DNA from: Verrucomicrobiota bacterium
GTDB lineage: Bacteria; Verrucomicrobiota; Verrucomicrobiia; JABWAM01
DNA length: 64,000 nucleotides
NCBI GenBank assembly: GCA_016198745.1
Contig: JACQHZ010000291.1
Location: forward strand, 819 to 64,818
Direction of reading: 5' to 3'
Of the stretch, positions 56,396-64,000 are shown one piece after another. Below the pieces are notes generated by a model, which saw only the letters and a program-made list of their open reading frames with translations, did not search any database and was not told where the DNA came from. Position 1 is the first letter of the stretch. Each line of letters begins with the position of its first letter. Both the position numbers and the translations under genes were made by a program.

Positions 56396-59300
56396 TCATT
56401 TCGGTTTCTGTCGCTGGAACGGGAGAACAACTCCCGCCTTCCATTTCGGCTCGAAAAATTCATCGGGCGTGGCCGCGAAATAGGGCGACAGACCGCTGCC
56501 AAAAAAACTCCCGCCGTCCATGCGTTTGGGGATGGTCAGGATTTGTCCCTCTTGCATGCCATATTCAAACCGCCAAAGTGCGGCGGCAGGTTGGGATGGC
56601 AGGGGAACGTCCACCGTGCCGGCGCCTTTGGGCCAGCAGGCGTTGATGGGGATGACGGTCCCCTTGCCGCCCAGCTCCACAAGGCGGTTGGAACGCCCGC
56701 TGATCCACTCACCCAGCGGCCGGGACAAGGTCAACTCCGCAGCCGCCCCGTCTCCCCGCGTTTGAAAAACAAAGCTGCGGGCCAGAGGCTGCCAGCTATA
56801 GGGTTGGCGGGGCAATTCATAAACCACCTTGGCCAGGTTATGCTGAATCACATAGTGAAGGGCCTCGCGGGGCCACCCCGACTGGGGCGTCTTGCCGGGC
56901 CGTTTGCCGGATTCCCGGCACACCAGCGTGTACACGCCAGTTTTGCCGTCCGGTTTAACCTCCAGCTTGCCGCTCAAGCTTTTCTCGTAACTCAAATCAA
57001 TCTGCGCGCACACCTGGCCGTCGGGATCGTACAACGCGTAAGGTCCACCGTAGTAAGAGGCGATCTCAATCGAAACCGGCTGATCGTGCGTCTTCAAAAA
57101 ACAAATGTGGTGATCCTGCGGAATGGTGACCAGCAACCCTTTTTTATGGGTTGGCAGATTGGAATCCAGGAAGTCGCGCGGCGCTTTCATGAAAACACCG
57201 AGAAAACGCGGAAGGGTTTGCACCGTCCATTTCCCGCCTGTGTCCAGCGCCTCGGGCGCAGCCCACTTGTAGAGCGAGTTCATCACCACGTTGCGCCCCA
57301 CCCGCAGGTAGGCCGTGTCGCCCGTCAACAGAAAACCCATGGCGTAAGGGTTGAGCGAACCGGATTGAGTGCCGCCCTTGGTGAAGCCAAGCCCCCGTTC
57401 CATGTGTCTCCGGCAGAATTTCAGGAGGACCTCGCGGATCCGGGCATCGCCCGTCAACTGGTAATAGTCCCAGAGCCCTTCAAAGACCCAGCCGGCGTGG
57501 TACATCAAATATCCCGCCTGCTCTTCCAGGCTGTCGCGGGAGATATCACAATCCCGGAAAGATTCCGCCACCCGGTCGGCGCGCGCCTTCCAGCGCGGGT
57601 CCCATGTCGCCTGGTAAAGCAGGGTCCAGCGTTGAAGGAGGCCGCCGAGGTTGCGTCGGGCGTTGCCGTAAGCCTCCTCCTTTTCCAGGTTGCGGTAGTA
57701 TTGCCCGTTGGGGTCCACCTCGAGTTGGTTGTTCTCGTAACACTCCGTCATTTCCGCCCACATCAGCAGGGCATCCAGCATGCGCCGTTCACCGGTCATC
57801 CAATAAAGGTAGATGGCGTCCTCTTTGCCGGTCAACGTATCGCCAAACTCGCTTCCCCCAAACCAGCCGATCTCGCTGTTGTTGTAATGATAAGTGCCGC
57901 CGCGAAAATCTTTGGTGACGGAATGGTCGTGATAACAAATTCCGCGATCGAAGGAATAACCAGTGTATTCCTGCGCGTATTTCAGGTAACGCCGCAGCCC
58001 CGTCCGGTAATACATGGAAGGAGCGTAGGTGGACCAGCCATAATGCGACTTGGGCCGGGCGCGATACCATAGGCCGCCGTCCCGCCCGCAAAACGGCGCT
58101 TCATGGTAGCCGCCGAATTCAAAGAAACCGTAAATGCAATCCTGCTCCCGTTCCGCCAGGCGCAGGTCCAGGATGGTGGCCAGGTAGGCTTCCTCATCCC
58201 GGAAGTTTTTGACATCGTATGGATGCGCTTCCCGAAGCAACGCGCCGGTGCCGCACGCCCACGCCGGATCCACCACGGCCAGCACCGGTTGCGCGATGTT
58301 GCGCACGCGATCATGGATTGCATACAATTCCTCCGCGCGAAACATGAGCCAGATTTCGTGGGTCTTGGCGATGCCCGAACGGTTGACGGTACGGCACCAT
58401 TTGATCAATTCCGCCGGTGTCGCGTTGCCGACCGCCGCCGCCTTCCCGATTAATTTGTCCAATTTCTGTTCCTCGCTGAGATAGTACCATATACCGTCGA
58501 AGGAAAGATCCAGCAACCGCCCGTGCCGGGGCCACAAATGGAAACTGGCCACAGGACCGTTTGCCTCCGCCTCAAACGGGTTCTGTTGCCAGGCATCCCG
58601 GACCGCCAGACAAACCGCCGCCGACCCCGCGCGGGCCTGGACCCAGCCCGCGTTTTTCTCTCCACGGTAATAGATCGCCTTCTTGTCCAAATCCTTCAAG
58701 GTCCACTCGATAAGGTGGCCATCTGGCCGGTCGCAAACCAGCGACCAATGCACCCGGCTGGAAAAATCCATCACCTCGCTGATTCTTTCATATTCCTCGC
58801 CGCCAAACGCGCCGCTCACTGCCTCGGGTTTCTCACCCGCAGCCAGGGGGATGACCACGGCAAGGTCGCGCACGCGATCCTTCAGCGATTCGCCCGTGAA
58901 AATAAAGGTATGCTCCATTTTAATGTCGGGCTGGTTCCGGTAAAAATGGAGCCGCACCTGGTAGCGGCCAAATTTTTCACCCTTTTCGTTGGCGTACCAA
59001 CCCGACGCCTTGAGAGTTGCGCGCCACGGCCCGTTTTCCTCCAACGCCACCGTGGCGGAACGGTCATGGATGGCCAGGAAAACCCCGCGCTTTTCGTGTT
59101 CAACCAGCAAGCCATAGGGTTTGGACGGATCGATTTGTTTTTGACCCCCCACCGTCAGGTTCCGCCATGGATCAAACTGTTTTTTCAGACAGGTCGTTTT
59201 TAAAACACCGGTATCAATTATAAACCCATCGTCCTTTTCGGTCACTAACGGCGGCAAAGCGGACGGCTCTTTTTTTAATTCGCCGCCAAAAACCAGCCGA

Positions 59301-59614
59301 TGCGGACGGCTGTCCTTCGCTTGAAAATCCAGCAAAATCCAGCGGGCGCCCTCACGACCGTCAGCATCCCATGTGGCATGCACCCGGGTCTGGACGGGAA
59401 CCGACTGACCATCCGCATCGAGCAATCCCACCGGCGCATCAATCTTCAGCGTTCCCTTGGGGAAAGGCACCCCGACCGTACAGGGCGCCGGCCAGGCGCG
59501 CGGCGGCGCCGTGACATCGATCCGGATGAGAATTTCCCCGGCATCGCAGGTCCATGCTGCGAAAATCCAGACAACCAGGCGGGTCAATGAATGGACAAAC
59601 GGATGTGGTTTCAT
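56396..59614 (-). CDS. Large secreted hypothetical protein (about 1070 aa), candidate CAZyme
   Basis: Start MKPHPFVHSLTRLVVWIFAAWTCDA at 59614 gives a signal peptide. The remainder is a continuous protein-like ORF with no recognised family motif. Confidence 0.6.
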   Translation of the reverse strand: MKPHPFVHSLTRLVVWIFAAWTCDAGEILIRIDVTAPPRAWPAPCTVGVPFPKGTLKIDAPVGLLDADGQSVPVQTRVHATWDADGREGARWILLDFQAKDSRPHRLVFGGELKKEPSALPPLVTEKDDGFIIDTGVLKTTCLKKQFDPWRNLTVGGQKQIDPSKPYGLLVEHEKRGVFLAIHDRSATVALEENGPWRATLKASGWYANEKGEKFGRYQVRLHFYRNQPDIKMEHTFIFTGESLKDRVRDLAVVIPLAAGEKPEAVSGAFGGEEYERISEVMDFSSRVHWSLVCDRPDGHLIEWTLKDLDKKAIYYRGEKNAGWVQARAGSAAVCLAVRDAWQQNPFEAEANGPVASFHLWPRHGRLLDLSFDGIWYYLSEEQKLDKLIGKAAAVGNATPAELIKWCRTVNRSGIAKTHEIWLMFRAEELYAIHDRVRNIAQPVLAVVDPAWACGTGALLREAHPYDVKNFRDEEAYLATILDLRLAEREQDCIYGFFEFGGYHEAPFCGRDGGLWYRARPKSHYGWSTYAPSMYYRTGLRRYLKYAQEYTGYSFDRGICYHDHSVTKDFRGGTYHYNNSEIGWFGGSEFGDTLTGKEDAIYLYWMTGERRMLDALLMWAEMTECYENNQLEVDPNGQYYRNLEKEEAYGNARRNLGGLLQRWTLLYQATWDPRWKARADRVAESFRDCDISRDSLEEQAGYLMYHAGWVFEGLWDYYQLTGDARIREVLLKFCRRHMERGLGFTKGGTQSGSLNPYAMGFLLTGDTAYLRVGRNVVMNSLYKWAAPEALDTGGKWTVQTLPRFLGVFMKAPRDFLDSNLPTHKKGLLVTIPQDHHICFLKTHDQPVSIEIASYYGGPYALYDPDGQVCAQIDLSYEKSLSGKLEVKPDGKTGVYTLVCRESGKRPGKTPQSGWPREALHYVIQHNLAKVVYELPRQPYSWQPLARSFVFQTRGDGAAAELTLSRPLGEWISGRSNRLVELGGKGTVIPINACWPKGAGTVDVPLPSQPAAALWRFEYGMQEGQILTIPKRMDGGSFFGSGLSPYFAATPDEFFEPKWKAGVVLPFQRQKPK

Positions 59615-59630
59615 AATTCCTTTCGATTTT

Positions 59631-61067
59631 TCATTGTAATTCAGATGGAATGGATAAATGGGCCGGTTTGACGCTCCAGGTTTGCCAGCGGGTGAATTCT
59701 TCGATGTTTCCGAAGTCCAGCGCGGGATCAAACACGCGCCACGCTTTCAGACCATGCGCCGCCTGCGCCCATTCACCGGCGAACGCGGGATAAGGATGGC
59801 GGGGTTTCGAGGTCCAGCGAGAGCCGGCCCGCCCGCCACGCGCGTCATCATAGACCTCGGCTAACAGTCCCAAGGCGCCAGATAGTGTCACCTCCGTTTC
59901 CGCAACGGACAAGTGAGCCGGCAGAGATCCGGTTGTTCGCACGTGACGGACCAACTGAGCGGCCAGGTTTTTCACATCATCCCATGAAAAGGCGCCCTTT
60001 GCCGTCGCGTCACTTTTGCGGATGACGGTTGGACCGATCACCGGGGTTTTCCTGATCTCCAGCGGCCAGCGGCCACTCTGTCCATAGCCCGTTACCGCTT
60101 CTGCCAGGGCGGTCAACAACTCGGCAGGACTGAACCAGGGATCAAGCGGCACGTCTTCGCTTTCCCGGACACGGCGGGCGTATTGGGCAAGATGATCGGC
60201 CGTCACGCGCTGAGCTTGGCATCCAAAAATAACGGCCAGGTCGCCCAGGCCGCAGATCGAGACCGTCCCGCTTGCCTGGGCCAACGCGGCAACCAACCGC
60301 TCCAAATTGCGGCGGATGCGTTCCCGTTCGGCAAGCGGCCGCGGCATCAGCGGCTGCGGTTCCGGACGATTGAATCCCCCGTAATGATTCTTGCACGAAA
60401 ATTCGCTGGAAAGCAGGTGGTGCGGATGCGCCCCGAAAAGCGCCGTGAATTCCCATTTCTGGGCGGTTTCCTCCAGGAGGGAAGGCAGACGAACGAGCCG
60501 GGTATTGAATGCTTCGTCATGGGCGTAATCTTCCTCGAAATAACCCGGTCCATCTCCACTTTCGGTTACGATCAGGTCCAGAATACTGAAAACAAGATTG
60601 CCGCAAAACCAAAAGACCCGATGTTCCGGCAACTGAAACGGGGCGCCGTAATAAACCTTGCCGCATCTTGATATGGCCTGAATGATTTGGGGGGCGTAGG
60701 ACCCGCCATGGCGCGTGAGCGCCGCGCATTTTCCAAAGATGCGTTCGATGTCCCGGAAACCGGTCTCTTCTTCTTGCAGGGTGATTCGCACCCCTGCTTC
60801 CCAATCCGCCGCCGCCACCTGCTCGACGGTTGCAGGATGGACTGAGCCGCGATTGAAGTGGCTGGAAACGTCGTGGCGCGACACGGCCCGGATCACGTCC
60901 CGACGCCCCCGCCGCTCCAGGCGCCGGGCCTTGTCCCCGATGACATGGAAGGATCCCTTGACCTGGTAACGGCTGAGCAGATCGGCAATCCAAAGAACAA
61001 TGTCATCGCTGCCAAACGCCGGCGGTGAAAAGGAATCCTCGGTATCGAAATAGAGAAGAGAATGCAC
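59631..61067 (-). CDS. Hypothetical protein with weak NodB/CE4-like polysaccharide deacetylase resemblance
   Basis: 478 aa. The N-terminal YFDTEDSF and downstream His-containing segments loosely resemble CE4 motifs. Assignment is weak. Confidence 0.35.
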   Translation of the reverse strand: MHSLLYFDTEDSFSPPAFGSDDIVLWIADLLSRYQVKGSFHVIGDKARRLERRGRRDVIRAVSRHDVSSHFNRGSVHPATVEQVAAADWEAGVRITLQEEETGFRDIERIFGKCAALTRHGGSYAPQIIQAISRCGKVYYGAPFQLPEHRVFWFCGNLVFSILDLIVTESGDGPGYFEEDYAHDEAFNTRLVRLPSLLEETAQKWEFTALFGAHPHHLLSSEFSCKNHYGGFNRPEPQPLMPRPLAERERIRRNLERLVAALAQASGTVSICGLGDLAVIFGCQAQRVTADHLAQYARRVRESEDVPLDPWFSPAELLTALAEAVTGYGQSGRWPLEIRKTPVIGPTVIRKSDATAKGAFSWDDVKNLAAQLVRHVRTTGSLPAHLSVAETEVTLSGALGLLAEVYDDARGGRAGSRWTSKPRHPYPAFAGEWAQAAHGLKAWRVFDPALDFGNIEEFTRWQTWSVKPAHLSIPSELQ

Positions 61068-61111
61068 AGCGGGACCCCAATTTATCCAAAAGGGAAACGG
61101 ACATGTTGTTG

Positions 61112-61873
61112 TTACTGGTTGTCAAACCAGGCAGGGTTATGGCCTTGGATGAGGTCATAACTGTGCCAACTGACGTGAAGATCCACCCAAAGCACGTTGC
61201 TTCCTCCGTGGTGCCTTCTGCCCGGTTCCTGGCTCGGCAAAGGACCGTTTCCAAAACAGACGTAATCCGCACTGCCATCACCATCGGAATCGAGGCACAC
61301 GACCGTCTCGGCGGGCTGGGCAATATTACTGAGAGGTTTGATCCCAAAGTATGCCGTGCTCGCATAGTTGTAGCTGTAACTGAGTCTGTTTAGCGACCAC
61401 TGTTGTGTCGGCGGTCCTGCGGGACAAAAAAACACATTGGTGGCCACATAATTTGTCAGGCTATTGTACCAATAATCACAAGCTGGAAAGTAATCGTTGT
61501 TGTCATCAGCATACATGCGATACGCAAATCCAATCTGCCGCAGATCATTCATGCAAGCAGCCGATTTGGCGGACCCGCGGGCATTTTTCAAGGCGGGCAA
61601 CAAGAGACTGGCCAGGATGGAAATGATGGCGATGACGACCAGAAGCTCGATGAGCGTGAAGGCATGGGATGATGGAATGATGGAATGATGGAGTGGTGTG
61701 GGACGATGGTTGTTCCGTCTTTCAACCCTTCCCATTACTCCAGCGTTCCAGCATTTCATTGTTCCATGCGTTTGCATCGTGAATCGTTCGCCACGTCGAA
61801 TCCGTCCTTTGGCGGATGTATCGTTCAGGTTGGAATACCGATTACTTATCACTGATAACTGGTTTCTGATCAC
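61112..61873 (-). CDS. Prepilin-type N-terminal domain plus DUF1559 (H-X9-DG) pseudopilin-like protein, translationally coupled to the upstream regulator
   Basis: Contains [25 protein letters not shown] and the C-terminal [12 protein letters not shown]. Its start overlaps the regulator stop (ATGA at 61870-61873). Confidence 0.8.
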   Translation of the reverse strand: MIRNQLSVISNRYSNLNDTSAKGRIRRGERFTMQTHGTMKCWNAGVMGRVERRNNHRPTPLHHSIIPSSHAFTLIELLVVIAIISILASLLLPALKNARGSAKSAACMNDLRQIGFAYRMYADDNNDYFPACDYWYNSLTNYVATNVFFCPAGPPTQQWSLNRLSYSYNYASTAYFGIKPLSNIAQPAETVVCLDSDGDGSADYVCFGNGPLPSQEPGRRHHGGSNVLWVDLHVSWHSYDLIQGHNPAWFDNQ

Positions 61874-63054
61874 TGGTCACTGATATGGAGTAATTCGTTT
61901 TCCTCCGGACGCGTGGTCTCCCCGCCAATCCACGGCGTGGAAAAAATGCGGCCGGCAACGGATGATGTTCCGTTTCCTCTTCTTTCCAACCGTTGGCAAA
62001 TCATGTCCACCGCCGCCTCCCCGATCTTATCCAAGGGTTGAACCGTCCGTGTCAAACACGGGTGATGGCTGTGGGACAGATCGATTCCGCTGCCGCCCAC
62101 CACGCTCATCTCGACGGGAATCCGAATCCCTTTTTCGCGCGCGGCGCGCGCCACTCCTAATGCCAAAAGATCCCCCATGCACAGGACCGCGTCAGGTATT
62201 TCTCCTCCACGAGATAGAATGTCCTGCATGGCGCTGTAACCGTCTTCCTCGGAATAGGATTTCGCCCTCGCGATTTTGAAACGGACCTCCTCATTCAAGA
62301 GTTCGTCGCCAAGTCCCGTTTCCACGCCAAACCGTCGCAAACGACTGGAAACGGATTTCTGAATGGAAACTCCCAGCAAGAGAAGGATGCGTCGCCGTCC
62401 CGTTTGCCTCCAAACCTCAGCGATCCGTCGGCTGGACTCAAAGTAGTCCGGGGACACAAAATTGGCGGTGGCGCCGTCAGCAGGGGGATTGATATCCACC
62501 ACCGGCTTTCCATGACGCTCGTAAATCGGCCGGATTTCGTCGCTGACCCACACTGGAAAGAGAATGATCCCGTCCACGCGGGAGCAATCATCCACCAAAC
62601 TCTGCACGAGGGAATCGCATCCCCGGTTCTCGCACGACCGGGGCACCAGCATCAGCGGCGGAAAACGCTTGGCGGCCGCCTGCAGGATGCCGCTATTCAA
62701 ACCCGATAAAAAGGGGAGATTCATAGCTGGTCCGGAAATGGGAATGCCGAGCGCAATTCGCCATTCCGCGGCGCGAGAACCATTCGCTCCCATAAAAAAG
62801 GTCCCCCGTCCCACTTCACAACGAATCCGCCCCTGCTGGGCCAGCTTGTCAAACACTCCTTGGACGGTCCGCTCGCAGACACGAAGCCGATGGGACAGTT
62901 GTCGAATGGTGGGAAGCCGCGTCCCCATCGGCAGTTCAGGCCGCAGGAATTCAGTCTCCAGACAGTTGAGCACCCGTTCCCCCGCTCGTAAAGAAGCCAT
63001 ATCCGCCTTCAATAATCGGCCGGCTTTTTTGCGGTTTGAAAATGGATTTTCCAT
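61870..63054 (-). CDS. Transcriptional regulator, GntR-type HTH plus LacI-type PBP-like domain
   Basis: The HTH is [41 protein letters not shown]. The C-terminal 260 aa match the PBP type-1 pattern. An AT-rich promoter lies at 63055-63170. Confidence 0.75.
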   Translation of the reverse strand: MENPFSNRKKAGRLLKADMASLRAGERVLNCLETEFLRPELPMGTRLPTIRQLSHRLRVCERTVQGVFDKLAQQGRIRCEVGRGTFFMGANGSRAAEWRIALGIPISGPAMNLPFLSGLNSGILQAAAKRFPPLMLVPRSCENRGCDSLVQSLVDDCSRVDGIILFPVWVSDEIRPIYERHGKPVVDINPPADGATANFVSPDYFESSRRIAEVWRQTGRRRILLLLGVSIQKSVSSRLRRFGVETGLGDELLNEEVRFKIARAKSYSEEDGYSAMQDILSRGGEIPDAVLCMGDLLALGVARAAREKGIRIPVEMSVVGGSGIDLSHSHHPCLTRTVQPLDKIGEAAVDMICQRLERRGNGTSSVAGRIFSTPWIGGETTRPEENELLHISDQ

Positions 63055-63605
63055 GGTGATTTCGAAAGGTTAAAGCAACTTTATACATCTCTTATGCGTC
63101 AATAATAGATCAATATTACTATAATGCAAGTTTAATTTGCCGCGCTCAAAGTCGTCTCAAGGTTCATGAAAGGATCTCCCGCCGAATCTGCTTCCCGGGT
63201 TGCAACCTCTTGAATATTCTGCGAACCTCCGACGGGGACCGGTTCTTCGGATACCCCGCCGGACAATTTGTTATCCCCGGCAAATACGGCTTCTTCATTT
63301 CATCCTCCTTTTTCAAGAAGGGGAGGATCCTCAGCCAGGGACGGCTGGGCCACATGGTTTCATTAGTCTCATCTTGATAGTGAAAGCGAACTATGGTCAC
63401 AATAGACAGTTGGCCCCTTGGCGATCAAGAGCTTATGGGGGCTTGAGAGTTCGTTATTACCGCAGCTATACAAAATCCAGCCGCCTTTTGTGCGAATACC
63501 TGAGGCCCATTGAAACCCATCAAATTGGTCCGTCTGGCCCAGGACTGCAGTGGCTACGCCACATTTCAGAGCCATAACCAGAAAGTTCTCGCCACGCCGC
63601 ACGGA

Positions 63606-64000
63606 ATGCTCTTGAGCTACCTCGTCGACTACGATGGCAACACGGGCACGTGCCGCTGGAATTTGGCCCGCAGTCAAGACGGAGGGGATTCCTTCGACAC
63701 GGTTTACGAATCACCGGTTCGCGTGGGCAACAAGCCGCCTTGCCTGGAGATCGATGAAGCAGGCCGCCTGTTGGCGTTTTGCGAAAATGGCCGCAACGGA
63801 TCGAATGAAATGATGTTCTTCCGCTTTCGAGCCTTTACCGAACCGGATTGTTTTGAGGTCGGACCGAGTCATTACGGCAACCATCGGAGGGTGCCGCGAC
63901 ATCACGCCGGAAGGCTACGTGCTCGGCACGTTTACCGCACAAAATGGGAGCCGCGGGGACCCATATTTTTTCAAAATCAGTGTTGTCAGGGGGTGCGAAA
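63606..64000 (+). CDS. BNR/Asp-box sialidase-like protein, 5' partial (runs off the window end)
   Basis: The frame is open from 63504 to the window end. The first ATG is at 63606; TTG 63510 is an alternative start. An Asp-box ARSQDGGDSF is present. It is divergent from the regulator promoter. Confidence 0.45.
   Translation, partial: MLLSYLVDYDGNTGTCRWNLARSQDGGDSFDTVYESPVRVGNKPPCLEIDEAGRLLAFCENGRNGSNEMMFFRFRAFTEPDCFEVGPSHYGNHRRVPRHHAGRLRARHVYRTKWEPRGPIFFQNQCCQGVR

Noticed and set aside
56284-56502. 72-aa ORF overlapping the 3' end of the giant gene and ending 19 nt before the EamA start.
   Set aside because: Only the last 30 residues or so look protein-like, and the N-terminus is Arg-rich. 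It could be a frameshift fragment, but it is not supportable as a gene.
1-64000. CRISPR arrays, rRNA, tRNA and tmRNA.
   Set aside because: I found no short regularly spaced repeats. No sequence matched tRNA cloverleaf hallmarks (GTTCGAATC/TΨC arm), rRNA or the tmRNA tag-peptide region in a by-eye scan. The one perfect 17-bp inverted repeat (51310-51359) is single-copy.

Overview
This is a GC-rich window that looks like it comes from a PVC-superphylum bacterium (Verrucomicrobiota, Kiritimatiellota, Lentisphaerota or Planctomycetota). The organism call rests on the many prepilin-type N-terminal motifs (TLIELLVV) fused to DUF1559 (H-X9-DG) domains and on the dense sulfatase, glycoside hydrolase and lyase content. 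I saw no rRNA, tRNA, CRISPR array, transposase or integrase.

The window is a cluster of glycan-utilisation operons:
- **Plus-strand block 1 (2.1-8.2 kb):** pseudopilin-DUF1559, DUF4838-like, GH2-N-like sugar-binding protein, BNR protein.
- **Plus-strand block 2 (8.2-15.7 kb):** GntR/PBP regulator, BNR protein, GH20 hexosaminidase, 1183-aa secreted protein.
- **Minus-strand operon 1 (39.7 down to 17.8 kb, 11 genes):** heparinase-like, LamG-BNR, sulfatase, ceramidase-like, half-MFS, AAC(3)-like, MttB-like, GH-PKD-LamG, heparinase-like, LamG-GH42-like, headed by the GntR-pilin fusion.
- **Minus-strand operon 2 (47.4 down to 41.6 kb):** LacI-pilin fusion, small low-GC secreted protein, heparinase II/III.
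- **Minus-strand operon 3 (63.1 down to 48.1 kb):** regulator plus pilin pair, deacetylase-like, two giant secreted proteins, EamA transporter, GH20-like giant, giant secreted protein.

**Most striking signal.** Every minus-strand operon begins with a LacI/GntR-type DNA-binding regulator that is either fused in-frame to, or translationally coupled with, a pseudopilin-like transmembrane helix plus a DUF1559 periplasmic domain. This suggests an undescribed class of membrane-anchored one-component regulators for glycan loci.

**Other notable items:**
- A ~215-bp direct repeat (duplicated 5' end of a GNAT gene) brackets the 22.7-kb operon.
- A GNAT fragment and a GH42 fragment sit together at a rearrangement junction.
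- A non-pyrrolysine MttB-family methyltransferase and an AAC(3)-like acetyltransferase are embedded in the sulfatase/lyase operon.
- A tandem palindromic operator/promoter repeat precedes the first plus-strand operon.
- A GntR-type palindrome lies in an AT-rich promoter.
- There is a toxin-antitoxin remnant near the window start.

Most of the ORF-table entries that run antisense to, or overlap inside, the large genes are high-GC shadow ORFs and are not reported as features.
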